Shown one piece after another: positions 46,704-59,500 of a DNA stretch of 64,000 nt. Origin of the DNA: Guillardia theta CCMP2712 (taxonomy: Eukaryota > Protista > Cryptophyta); NCBI RefSeq assembly GCF_000315625.1, contig NW_005434640.1, forward strand, positions 194,270 to 258,269, in the 5' to 3' direction. The notes under the pieces are model-generated. The model had not been told where the DNA came from. It searched no databases and worked only from the letters and a program-made list of their open reading frames with translations. Made by a program: the position numbers and the translations under genes. How positions within the stretch are numbered: position 1 is the stretch's first letter; every line of letters begins with the position of its first letter.

Positions 46704-49700
46704 ATGGCTGAAGAACTCATATTGAACGAGCTGGAGGCAAAGATTCGAGCTCTGGACGAGTACAAGTCGAAGATCAATCAACTTCGCAATGAGAATGGGG
46801 ACCTCTTATCCAAGCTCCAATCCAAGGAGCAGGATGCAATGGACGTCATCAAGTACCTCAGGTCCGAGAACGACGGTCTTCAAGAGAAGCTCCGGATCTA
46901 TGCGCAAGATTCAGAGAAGGCGAAGGAGATGACAGAGAAGATCGTGAGTTTGTCTGTCGTGTTGCTCCACAACAATGACATTGCTCTTTCAGGTTATGAA
47001 GGCCAACGAAGACCGGGACTTTGCAATCGCCGAGATGGAGACAAGATTCAAGCAGAAGGAAGAAGGCAGAGAGAGCGAGGTCTGCCCCTCTCCATCTTGC
47101 TGGAGGTTTCCTGAGAGGGTCAAGGACAGATGCGGAAGCTACAGGAGGAGTTGGCGTCGCTCAAGTCGTTCAAGGAGCAGAGGGACCAGTATGAGAGCAC
47201 GATCTCGCGCCTGCGAGAAGAGCTTGCGCAGGAGCAAGTGAGTTGCCATGGCGACATCAGACTTATCTGCTGAAACACCATGGCAGGAGGCGCACAGGCA
47301 GGCGATGCTGAGTGTAGAGAGGAAGCTGATAGAGGAGAAGAAGTGATTGTTGTTCACGTCTCTCAGCCTTTCTCCTCATGTCTCCTCGCAGTCGATTGCA
47401 GAAGGAAGCTCATGCTCAGCTGATGGAGATCAAGCGCAACACTGACGAGGAGGTGCTTTCCCCCTTACCCTCTACTCCACTTCTGCTCCTCCTGCTCCAT
47501 CTTGGTCCTAGTCTGCTCCTCTTCATCGTTGTCCTCGCCCTCGCCCTCGCCCTCGCCCTTCACCCTTCACCCTTTCTTTTCTGCTTTCTGCCTCTCGTCT
47601 CACCAGTCAACGTTTCTCACGCTTTCGTTGCAGGTTGTGAATAGGTTGGATGTCTCGACGAAGAGGATTTTGCAGCAGAACAGAAGATTAGCAGAAGACC
47701 TCAAGCTACACGTCCAAGAGACGGTGAGGCGCTAAGAAGCTTCTTGTGCTCTTTCTTTTTGTGTTTGTATGTGTACATCTCAGAGATATCAACGTCCTTG
47801 TGCATCTTGTTGTGTGTTTTGCCGATGCGTCGATGCGCATGTACACAAAGACCTACCTCTTGATGTTCGTGTACTTCACTCCTGCACTTGTGCTAGTTGT
47901 GTCGTTGTAGCTTGTCTCTTGGCTTCTGAGCATTCTCTGTGTTGGTATACTGATAATGTAGCTTTGTCGCAGGCGGAGCTGCAGAAACAGAAGTCAAAGT
48001 TAGAGGAGGAAGCCAAGCAACTCCGCAGGGACCTGGAGCTCAATGAGCAGCAGATCGGCGAGTACGCCAAGGACAGGCACAGGCTGTCAAGGGAGGTCAA
48101 AGATCTGCAGGTAGGACCGGTCCGGTATCCTCCTGGGCGGGTCTGGCGCTTCCTCCTCCTCCTCCTCCTCCTCCTCCTCCTCCTCCTCCTCCTCCTCCTC
48201 CTCCTCCTCCTCACTCTCTTCCTCCCCTTTCCAACCCCTCATCTCCCCCTGCAGGGTAAGGTGAAGAACCTGGAGAAGTCTCTGTCGCAAGTGGCGAAAG
48301 ACTTTGAGAGGGAGAAGGAGCGGCTGGTGAGCAAGGCAAAGCAAGACATGCAGGATACAGAGGTGAGGGGAAAAGAGCGAGGAGGAGGAGGAGGAGGAGG
48401 AGGAGTGAAGATGTCGTCAGGTGGAAAACACGGGGCTGCGGAAGCTCCTTAAGATCAAGGAGAAGGAGCACAACAAGATCAAGAGACTGGCGCAGGATAT
48501 CATCAGCCAGAGATCAGAGGTGGGAAGGAGGGCGAGGGCGAGGACGAGGGCGGAGGAGATTAGCGAGGGGAGCGAGGAAGGACTGACAAGCCTGCAGGTC
48601 GAGCAATTTTTCCTCGAGGCCCTCGAAGAAGTTCGCGATCAGATTGCGAGGGAGAGGCTCAAGTCCTCCTCCTCCGCCGCCGGCCCTTCCAGCACCTTCA
48701 TCACCGAAGAATCGTCGACTCACTTCCAGGTTTCTCCTCCTCCTCCTCCTCCTCTTCCTCCTTCCCCTTCTCTCTTCCTTGTCCTCGTCCTTGTTCTTGT
48801 CCTCCTCCTCCTCCTCCTCCTCCTAGCTTGTTTGAGAGATCAAGAGGGGAGGACAAAGATAGCAAAGCGACTACTAGCCGGGGCAGCTCAGCCATTCTTA
48901 TTCCCGTGCGTAGAGAATGGCAATCATTGGATTCTACTAATGGCAGATTTTGACACAAAAAGAATACGCATTGTTGATTCACTCACCACGGCTGAGAGAG
49001 ACTTGGGGATTGTCAGAAGTCAAAGGGGAGGCACAGTTTCAGCTGGGAAGGCGCACAACGAATGGACTTAGCCACACTCGCGGCGACCATTGTCACGGAG
49101 GCATTCAGCGACCAGCACGAACATGCAACGACATGGCGGGTTTACCCTGTCAACTGAGCTACAACAAACAGACAATCACAACTGTGGGATCTTCATACTG
49201 TTGCATTTGCTGCTGATNNNNNNNNNNNNNNNNNNNNNNNNNNNNNNNNNNNNNNNNNNNNNNNNNNNNNNNNNNNNNNNNNNNNNNNNNNNNNNNNNNN
49301 NNNNNNNNNNNNNNNNNGTCGAGAAGAGCAGAGCAGAGCGGAAGACAGAGAAGGGAGGGAGAAGGAGAGAGGAGGGGCTCGTGGGTTTGAGAGCTTGTTG
49401 TTGTAGGCGATGGCGTCAGAGCGACCGGTGGAGGATGCGACAGGTAAACGTGCCGGGCAAGGTGAAGAAGCTGAATGAGAGCAGGAGGAGAGGAAGAGAG
49501 CGTGGAAATCTCGTTGAGAAACTCATGTCTCAGATCCGGGTGAGGAGAGGAGAGGGGACGGCGAGGACGAAGACGAGGACATTGAGGGAGGGAGAGAGGA
49601 GGACGAGAAGGAGGGAGAGGAGGAGGAGGAGGAGGAGGAGGAGGAGGAGGAGGAGGAGGAGGAGGAGGAGGAGGAGGAGTTCTTACAGGTCCTTGCAGGA

Positions 49701-50097
49701 CAAGGAAAGGGTGCTTCGAATCCTCTTTGCTAAGATCAATCAAAGTCAGATGCCCTCCAACTCCCACAACCAACCCGATCACCCCCGTCAGGTAAGACTC
49801 CTGCCAGCTTCCTCTCCCGCTCCATACCTCCTCTCCCTCCTCCTCATCCTCCTCCTCCTCTCCCCACGCTGGACCACCACCACCACCACCACCTCCTCCT
49901 CCTCCTCCTCCTCCCCTGCCGTCTCGTTCCACCACCTTCCCCTTTCCTCCTCCGCCGCCGCTGCCTCTCTCCTCCCTCCCTGCTGGGCGCTGACCAGCAT
50001 CGCAGGAGCAGGATCTGGACTTGCTGGACGGGAGGCTCAGGGAGGAGTTGGAGGAGGAGACGCGCGTGTCGAGCTCAGCGTCGTCGGATGTTCCTAG
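46704..50097 (+). CDS. BBOF1: Basal body-orientation factor 1 (CCDC176/DUF4515), multi-exon (ends approximate)
   Basis: KEQDAMDVIKYL, ERKLIEEK-SRLQKEA, RLDVSTKRILQQNRRLAEDLKLH, IKRLAQDIISQRSEVEQFFLEALEEVR, KERVLRILFAKIN. Confidence 0.85.
48823..49217 (+). pseudogene. Ulp1/C48 (SUMO-protease-like) peptidase fragment inside a BBOF1 intron
   Basis: FLFPCVENGNHWILLMAD...IRIVDSL (His, Asp) and QQTDNHNCGIFIL (Gln, Cys). Interrupted by an in-frame TAG at 49069-49071 or by compensating frameshifts. Ends at a gap. Confidence 0.7.
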
Positions 50098-50559
50098 GAG
50101 GATGAGCATGCGGGGGACAGCAAGTCTGCGGCAGCCTGACTTTGCATGATCGTCTAATCCTTCCACTCCGTCCCCTCCTCTACTTACCCTCCTCCTCCTC
50201 CTCCTCCTCGTCATCGTCCTCGTCCTCCTCCCCTCCCTCTTTCTCCATCTCTGTAACCCTCCCCCCTCCCTCTCCCTTTATGTTTCATCGTCTCTTTCCT
50301 CTCTGTCTTCCTTGCTCCTTCCCCATGTGTAGAGTCGCTTCGCTTTCTTCGCACTCTCGTCTATTCTTTACGTCGTAGAGGAGGAAAAATCTTGAATTTC
50401 GCGTCCTCCTCCGCGTCCTCCTCCTCTCCCCGAACCTCCTCCACCTTCTCTCCCCACTCCTCCTCTCCCAGCTCCTCCTCAGCCTTGCTCCTGTCCTTCC
50501 CCTCATCCCTCCCATCCTCTTCTCTCTTCGTCGACTAACACGCTTTCCTCCCTTCACTT

Positions 50560-50956
50560 TCATCTCCGCATCAGGCTGAACAGTCCCCGCAGCCTGTCTT
50601 CGCTCCCTCCCCCCCCCGCCAGCATCATCCTCATCATCTCCATACTTGTCCCCTCCTCGGGGAACAACGAAAGCCCCATCGACGTCAAGCAGCTCACGCG
50701 CGCGTTCCCTTCCTCCTCTACCATGGCAGTGACTCCATGGAGCTGCCGCTCCTCCTCTAGGGAGGGAAAGAGCGGTTTGCTCTTGTGGCGAAGGAGGTGC
50801 TGGAGGAGGAGGAGAGCGTTCCTGAGGTCCTGGCTAGAGGAAGCGTGCTCGGGCCGTTGAAGGGCTCGGACCTGAGAAGACATGAATGTGAGAGGGAGGG
50901 AGGGAGGGAGGGAGGGAGGGAGGGAGAGGGCGGGGGGGGAGGGGGGGGGGGGTTGG

Positions 50957-51010
<54 letters not shown>

Positions 51011-51953
51011 CTTGTAAAGAGGCAGAGGATCTCACAGCATCGAGGTTGAGAGCTTCGCTGACGTTGGGAGCAAGGGGAGGGAGGAGGGAGGAGAGGACAC
51101 GGAGGATTAGCTTCGAAGAATTTTCCTTCTGCTGCTGCGAGCTCTGGGTGGAGACATTCCTGGACAAGTGACAATGAGCAGGAGAGAAGCGGAGAGGAGT
51201 AGAAGACAAGGAGTAGAAGAAGACAAGAAGGAGAAGAAGACAAGAAGGAGAAGAAGACAAGAAGGAGAAGAAGACAAGAAGGAGAAGAAGACAAGAAGGA
51301 GGAGAAGACAAGAAGGAGGAGAAGACAAGAAGGAGGAGAAGACAAGAAGGAGAAGAAGACAAGGAGTAGAAGAAGACAAGGAGGAGGAGAAGACAAGGAG
51401 GAGGAGAAGACAAGGAGGAAAGCGAGGATGTTCACCTGGGGTGTTTCCTCAACAAGAGAAGTTCGTCACCGAGGTTGCAGAGTTGATAAGGTGGTGAAGA
51501 TGAAGACGAGGGAGATGCACAAGAAAGGGCAGAAGAAGAAGATGACAATGATGTTGATGTTGATGTTGATGTTGATGTTGATGTTGATGTTGATGTTGAT
51601 GTTGATGTTGATGTTGATGACGATGATGTTGGTGGTGTTGATGATGACGATGATGACGGAAATGTAGAAGCAGCAGGCAACAGCCCCGACATCCTCAACC
51701 ACAGCTCATAGTCCTCGACGTGCTTGCAGCCTGACGACGTCGAGTATCCTCCATGTCTCTTCAGCGCCTCTCGCCGCATCATCACTGTTGGGTGCGCGAT
51801 GCAGCAGTAGAAGGTCATGCTCCACCGCACCAGCGCGAACTCCGAAGGGTGAGTGATCACCTTCTCCTTCTCCTCATCCACCCTCAAGTTCTCCTCCTCC
51901 TCCTCCTCCTCCTCCTCCTCCTCCTCCTGTCCGTGCCCCTCCTGCTGCAGTCC

Positions 51954-52004
<51 letters not shown>

Positions 52005-55000
52005 TTGCTGCTGCTGTTTCCCTTCCCTCATCTCCACTTGCTTGTCGCGCTCTTGCGGGGCGGTGAATCGGACTGCTGGCTATCATTCCGTGCGCAACGA
52101 CACCACAGCGAAACACGGGAGATGGCCAAACATGCGAAACTACGCGCCATCCTCCGTGTCGAACAGTGCTCCTGCTCTCGTACTAGCTCGNNNNNNNNNN
52201 NNNNNNNNNNNNNNNNNNNNNNNNNNNNNNNNNNNNNNNNNNNNNNNNNNNNNNNNNNNNNNNNNNNNNNNNNNNNNNNNNNNNNNNNNNNNNNNNNNNN
52301 NNNNNNNNNNNNNNNNNNNNNNNNNNNNNNNNNNNNNNNNNNNNNNNNNNNNNNNNNNNNNNNNNNNNNNNNNNNNNNNNNNNNNNNNNNNNNNNNNNNN
52401 NNNNNNNNNNNNNNNNNNNNNNNNNNNNNNNNNNNNNNNNNNNNNNNNNNNNNNNNNNNNNNNNNNNNNNNNNNNNNNNNNNNNNNNNNNNNNNNNNNNN
52501 NNNNNNNNNNNNNNNNNNNNNNNNNNNNNNNNNNNNNNNNNNNNNNNNNNNNNNNNNNNNNNNNNNNNNNNNNNNNNNNNNNNNNNNNNNNNNNNNNNNN
52601 NNNNNNNNNNNNNNNNNNNNNNNNNNNNNNNNNNNNNNNNNNNNNNNNNNNNNNNNNNNNNNNNNNNNNNNNNNNNNNNNNNNNNNNNNNNNNNNNNNNN
52701 NNNNNNNNNNNNNNNNNNNNNNNNNNNNNNNNNNNNNNNNNNNNNNNNNNNNNNNNNNNNNNNNNNNNNNNNNNNNNNNNNNNNNNNNNNNNNNNNNNNN
52801 NNNNNNNNNNNNNNNNNNNNNNNNNNNNNNNNNNNNNNNNNNNNNNNNNNNNNNNNNNNNNNNNNNNNNNNNNNNNNNNNNNNNNNNNNNNNNNNNNNNN
52901 NNNNNNNNNNNNNNNNNNNNNNNNNNNNNNNNNNNNNNNNNNNNNNNNNNNNNNNNNNNNNNNNNNNNNNNNNNNNNNNNNNNNNNNNNNNNNNNNNNNN
53001 NNNNNNNNNNNNNNNNNNNNNNNNNNNNNNNNNNNNNNNNNNNNNNNNNNNNNNNNNNNNNNNNNNNNNNNNNNNNNNNNNNNNNNNNNNNNNNNNNNNN
53101 NNNNAGTCTCCGCTATCCCAGCACGATCATTCACCTTGGCTGCTTCCCGCTCCCGCTGCTGGGCCTTGCGCTCCTCCCTCAGCTGCTCTGCTCGAGCCAG
53201 CGCCTCCTTCCTCTTCGCTGTGAATGCCGCGATCTCGGCACTGCGCTCCTCCGCCGTCTTCCCCATCACCCCGAACGAGCTCCTCCTTGATGCCGAGCTC
53301 ATGCTGACCTTTGTGCTCCTGACAGTGTGCTCCTGCTCGACGACCAGTGCTCACAGCAGCGTCTTCAACAGTCCTCCTCCTCTGTCTCTCTCTCTGTCTC
53401 TGTCTCTCTCGCTCTCCTCCTCCTCCTCTCCTCCTCAAGCTCGTCCCGCCTTATCTGACTGCAGTGGCGGGCGGCATTTCCTTGACGGGTAACCCTCATC
53501 CCCTCCTCGACCCAGAAAGCAAAGTCAGAACAAACCCAACCAGGTACGAATACGATGAGAGGGAGAGGGAGAGGGAGAGGGAGAGGGAGAGGGAGAGGGA
53601 GAGGGAGAGGGAGAGGGAGGAGGGAGGAGGGAGGAGGGAGGAGGGAGGAGGGAGGAGGGAGGAGGGAGGAGGGAGGAGGGAGGAGGGAGGAGAAAACACT
53701 ATGAAGAAGGGAGTAGGAAAAGCAGAGGGAGGGGAGGGACACAAGTTGACACCTTTCTATGATGTCATGGGTCCCATCAGTCGAGCCATCGTTGACAACG
53801 ATGAGCTGCTTGCACTCGTTACTTCCTTCTCCCCACACCAGCGCTGAGCTCAACGACTCGCCTCGAAGTCTCCCAAAGTTTGTCTCCGGATGCTGGCGAT
53901 CGCTTCCTCCAAGAAGTCTTCTGCATTGCGCGCAGGCATGACAACTGAGACAGATAGAACACCTCCATTCGCATCCTTTCCATCCTCATCACACGCTGTT
54001 GGCTCTTGGTTGCATCTCTTCTTCCGAAGGTACAGTCCGCCTACATGTACGCTCCGAACGTCTGTGACGAGATATCTCTCTTCATTCATCTCAAAATCCT
54101 TGTCAAGAAGCAATCTCAGACTCTCCGTCCCGCAATCTTGCTGCAGCAAGCTCTTGATGTCACAATCCCTGTCTTTCATCTGCTCTGATTGATGACGATG
54201 TTGATTTTGTTGACGATGCTGTTGTTCATCATGTTGTTGATGATCGTGATGACGACGACGATGTTGTTGTGGATCATCCTGATCAATCTCGACCTCCACA
54301 CATCTGTCATACACCGGGTTCGAGTAGATGCTCTGCACTCTGTTGATGGTGACAACTACCATACATCTCCTTGCACATGCCCCCCTTACCTCTTCGACAA
54401 CCTTCCCCTGTTCCTGACTTCCTTTCTGTCTCTCATACCACAACGTGAAGCCCTCCTTGTAGATCTTGTTCCCGTTTACCTCCAGCCGGTTTGGATGACC
54501 AATGTCGTACAAATCTCCACATTCGGCAAACATCTTCATCATCTCCAGAAGCTGAAAGCACAAGAAAGATTCACAAAGTCACACTGACAGCAAACTTCAA
54601 GTTTTTCTGCTCACCATCTCCCTCCTGTACAAAGTCCCGCAGAGATCAAAGGGGTAGTTCCAATCATGGCTACCGTCTCCTCCTCGAAACCAAACAAGGT
54701 CCGGCCCGAGTCCGAAGAGCCTGAGGGGGCAGCGATGTCAGAGGAAGGACGAGGAGGAGGCGAAGAATGGCAGAGCGGGGGGCGAGAAGTCGGAGAGAGG
54801 AAGGGTAGTCCGGAGGGAAGGGTAGTCCGGAGGAGGAGGTACGAGGGGAAGGGGAGGAGGAGGAGGACGAGTGAAGCTGCCTGGGTTGTCTCTGTCCCCT
54901 GCTAGCAGGATGGCAGAAGCTCAGGCCGGGGTGCAGGCGCAAGTGAACGCAAGACATGCTGCTGTTGACGTCCAGGGCCCTTACGGCATGCGCAAGAGGG

Positions 55001-55331
55001 AGAGAGGAGCAGAAGAGCACGTCGTCCACTCCGAACATGACCGAGCTTCGTGCTCCATGGAGGATTCCCCGAAGCTGCAGGAGGCAGACGGTGAGCTGGG
55101 GACGGGAGGCTTCCTGCTCACCTGCTGTTCGAAGCTCTCCTCCTCTACGAACTTCGCTCGAGGATGCGCACGCTGCACTTGCTCGTACCCTTCCCTGTAC
55201 TCCTCCTCCACCTTGACGAGGACCGTAATGTCCAGTTCGACCCCAGCTGCGTGCTTGACGAGGGTGCGGAGGTACTCGCTGAGCTGGAAGGGACGAGACT
55301 TGCTGAAGACGACGACGGAGACGGACGCCAT
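50560..55331 (-). CDS. Two-domain glycosyltransferase: N-terminal GT-A-like 'FSKxRPxQL' domain fused to GT2 domain, multi-exon (spans a gap; 3' end approximate)
   Basis: VVVFSKSRPFQL, FGVDD, HLRLHP, DWNYPFDL, HPNRLE, TINRVQ. Then VSVVMPARNAEDFLEEAIASIRRQT, LIVVNDGSTDGT, IAHPTVMMRR, VEDYELWLRM. Confidence 0.8.
51195..51420. repeat. Purine-rich intronic minisatellite (agaagacaag(a/g)aggag-type units)
   Basis: Repeated agaagacaag words with ggag/gaag linkers. Confidence 0.85.
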
Positions 55332-55967
55332 GGCAGGGAGGAGGCGATGCTTGCGGTGGAAGAGGAGAGGGAGGGAAGGGGGAGAGGGGGGGAGAGGGGG
55401 GGAGGGGGGGAGGGGAGGGAGTGGGGGTGGGGTGGGGAGGGGGGNNNNNNNNNNNNNNNNNNNNNNNNNNNNNNNNNNNNNNNNNNNNNNNNNNNNNNNN
55501 NNNNNNNNNNNNNNNNNNNNNNNNNNNNNNNNNNNNNNNNNNNNNNNNNNNNNNNNNNNNNNNNNNNNNNNNNNNNNNNNNNNNNNNNNNNNNNNNNNNN
55601 NNNNNNNNNNNNNNNNNNNNNNNNNNNNNNNNNNNNNNNNNNNNNNNNNNNNNNNNNNNNNNNNNNNNNNNNNNNNNNNNNNNNNNNNNNNNNNNNNNNN
55701 NNNNNNNNNNNNNNNNNNNNNNNNNNNNNNNNNNNNNNNNNNNNNNNNNNNNNNNNNNNNNNNNNNNNNNNNNNNNNNNNNNNNNNNNNNNNNNNNNNNN
55801 NNNNNNNNNNNNNNNNNNNNNNNNNNNNNNNNNNNNNNNNNNNNNNNNNNNNNNNNNNNNNNNNNNNNNNNNNNNNNNNNNNNNNNNNNNNNNNNNNNNN
55901 NNNNNNNNNNNNNNNNNNNNNNNNNNNNNNNNNNNNNNNNNNNNNNNNNNNNNNNNNNNNNNNNNNN

Positions 55968-56555
55968 CGAGTTGTGCAGGGAGCGAGAGCCTTCGAGGGG
56001 ACCGGTGTGAAGGGGGGAGAGGAGAAGGGCGAGAAGGAGGAGGCGGCGAGGGAGGGAGGAGGAGTGAGGTCGGAAACGTCCGTGAAGCTTCAGAAGGCTG
56101 GGTGGAAAGTCTTAAAGCAATCAGAAGCAGTAAGAGCTATGAGCCCAGTTGAGCAGGAGGAGGTTAGCTCGATACGGCTTCGTGCTCGAGAGCTTGTCCC
56201 ACGCTATAATCGTCTCGTCTCCTCTCCTCTCCTCTCCTCTCCTCTCCTCTCCTCTACTGTCCTCTCCTCTCCTCTCCTCTCCTCTCCTCTCCTCTCCTCT
56301 CCTCTCCTCTCCTCTCCTCTCCTCTCCTCTCCTCTCCTCTCCTCTCCTCTCCTCTCCTCTCCTCTCCTCTCACCCTCCTGCTGTGCAGGATCTTGAGGCA
56401 GCAGTCGAAGGGAGTTCGAAGCTGAAGGATGCGATCAGAAAGAAGCTGCCGTAAGAGCTGCCTGCTACCTCCCCGTCACTCACCCGCATGTCAGGTTCAT
56501 GACGCTAGGATCGTCGACTAGATCGAAGGAGAGCACTGCGAACGCTGTACCATGA
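55968..56555 (+). CDS. 3' fragment of a hypothetical gene emerging from a gap
   Basis: Open frame VVQGARAFEG...RELVPRYN, an intron filled with (ctctc)n, then short exons ending ...ANAVP*. Confidence 0.4.
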
Positions 56556-56599
56556 AGCCTGTATGACTGAGTAAGAAAAGCATGTGAAGAGTTCACAGC

Positions 56600-59500
56600 G
56601 TACACCTGCTGCTGTCTTGCACGCATCCTCTGCCGTTGCCTCCCTTCCCTCTCCTCTCTCATGTAAACCCATCCAGCATGAAAGTCTTCAGCACCTCTGC
56701 CATGCTCCGCATCCTCGTATCGAGCTCGCGCATAAGCGCATTATGCTGGTAGTCGCCCTCCCTCCCGTCCTCCTCCATCGATCTTCCACCTCTCATCTCG
56801 AAGGACAAGCTCTTACTGCGAAGCAGCTCAACCAGTCGACATGTCAGTTTGCACTTACCAGCGATCCATCAAGAACTCGATCTCAGCGTACATGTCTTTG
56901 GCCCGACAAGTTACAGACCAGCACAGCTCTGATTCACATGACGGACTTCTGTCCGGTGATGCTGCTGCTTCTGCTGCTGCTGACGATGAAGACGACGACG
57001 ACGACGACGATAAATATCTTGATCTCCTCCACTTCAAGAAGTCAAGGATCGCATCCGATCGCTTGCGGATGGCTACGAGCTCTTGACCCGTTGAGCTCCC
57101 TTCGTTCCGCACGTCCCTGCAATGATCGAAGCAAGCTCGGCACAGGGCGAGATGCTGAGTATGAAGAAGCTCTGCAACTTCACCTTGAGAGGAGGGGAGG
57201 TCCTGAAAACGCTCACCTTGGCTAAGAGGACAAACGCAGCCATGAGCACAGCACGGCAGCTGCTGCGTCTTCTCCTCTCCGACAGTCTTGCTTCCTGCTC
57301 CAGGCATCTTCGTGCTAGGTTGTGAGGGCAGTACAACGATGGCTGACTTCACCTGTACAAGGAGTTGCGGCACAACTGGGCTCTTGTCCTCGCGCATGCT
57401 GTAAATGCAAACGTACGAGCTCTGCAGACTCGTCGCATGCTCGTCCCCTTCCCCCCCTGCCCGTCGTCGAAGGACGGAGGGATCAGGAAACACTGGAGAC
57501 GTGTAAGAACATGTCTGTTGTTTCTTTCTACTTCCCTGCCCCATCTCCCCTTCCTCCTCCCCTCTTCCTCCCTCCTGACTTACCGGAGATGGCCGAGGGG
57601 GCGAGCAGAGCGTGCCGGAAAAGATAAGTCGTGATGAGCTCTCGTAAGCAGAGGAGATCAACTTTCTGAGGAAATGATCACAAGAGGAGCGAGGTGGAGG
57701 AAGGTTGGAGAGCAGGAAAGGGAGAGGAGACAAGGTGGACAGGAGGAGGAGGAGGAGGAGGAGGAGGAGGAGGAGGGAGGGGGCAGGGGCAGGGTTGGCT
57801 CTGATTACTTTCAAACAGGACTTCTCCCCGGCGGTGTACAGGATGTAAAGGTCGTTGATGTAAAACCTGTCTCCTTCCCCTCCCTCCCCATCCTCTCCGA
57901 CGGCCTTGTTGAACTCCGTGACGATCGAGGGGTCGAGGAGCTCTTGCAAGGCATCAGATCCCTTCAGCCAGCACCTCACAAGCTCCTTCAGGTGTGAAAC
58001 TGTCGCAACTCTCAGCTTGCTGTTTGACCCATCCGTTGCGGTCCAATCAAGATCCAGCAGGCTGGTCCCGGAAAGCTGACCAAAACCAGAGCGATCTTGT
58101 TCGGGGCGACTCGCTTGCACATTCCATCTGGAAGGAGAAACAAAACTTGTCAAGATGACGAGGTATCAAGATGACAAGATGACAAGTTGTCATGTGGAGG
58201 AGAAGCCGAGAAGGTCAAAGTGGAAAAGAGTGGAGACACGATGAAGTGAATAGGTATCAAACATCTCCACCTGTCATCGTCGAAGAAGTAGATGAAAGGG
58301 TCGACGTGTCTGATCGAGAAGACAGCATGATTGCGGTGGAGCAGCCACGTGAGCACGCGGGAAGACAGTTTGACATGAGGAGCAGAGCAGCAGATCGCAA
58401 ACTTCATGTGGCGGGTCAAGTCCCGGAGGTATGTCGGCCCGCTCTGCTCCCCAGGCCTCCTCGACATCAGCCTCTCCTCCTTTGGTAGATCATCCTTGCT
58501 TGACCCGAAGATCATCTCCTGGAGCAGACTGTCCAAGCCTGTCCCGTTGTCAGCAAGCGGCGAGTTGGGGAGGAAACAGCAAATCGATGTTTCTCTAGAA
58601 GCCATCAACAGGAAAGGGGATGAAACATCATCACATCAAGCCTCGTGGCAAGAGCAGGTCAAACGAAAGTCATGACCCACCTGTAGCTGAATTGTATAGA
58701 AAACCGCAGCGAGCGTTGTCGGTATCTAATTTTTCTGCAAGGAAATGGTTTCAATCTATGGGGATGCAAGTGGAGATTGAAACATAAACTTGCAAAACAT
58801 GCTCGTCATTCTCTGGTTACCGGCAAGTCTTCGCATCTCAGCAACATCGTCTTCATCTTCGTTCTCGAAAACTCTCTCGTCCATGGCTGAAGAAACACGG
58901 CAACGGGTGGTGTTGACGTTGTTCCTTCGGATTAGCAACCAAACCTTGACATGTTCATCTTCAAGAAACACAACATCACGTCTCAACAAGATCAATCAGC
59001 ATCTCTTCACCTTCCAACATCTTATTGCGGAGACGTTTTGATAACATCCTCACGACGTTCTTGTGCAGCGGACATCTACCTACCCGAACCAGCCTGGGCG
59101 ATTCAGGATGATCGATCATCAGCCGCAAGCTGAAGATCCTCCACGAGACGTTCTCGTACACATCGCTCGACACGTTCATGTCACTGTTTTCCACAAGTTT
59201 CCTCCTCTCGTCTTGTATCATGACCTCCATCAATCGCTTGAACTTGTAGTAACCAACAACGCAGCTTGTCCCAACAACCTCCATCCTCCCTTCCATCTCC
59301 CTCCTCATATCCATCAGCGACATCTCCCTCAGTCGCCATCGCAGCTTCTTCTTCGCTTCCGCAACCTCCTCTAGCCTCTCCGACAAAAGCCTTGCCACTC
59401 CTCCTCTTCGTTCCACAAACTCCTTCACACAATCCGCATGTTCCCTTAAACCACCAAGGACCTCCGACCTCACAACATCATCAGGCCCTCCTGTCTGTAT

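Noticed and set aside
51753-56396. Long ORFs of 379-579 aa spanning N-runs
   Set aside because: Their length comes from assembly gaps translated as X.
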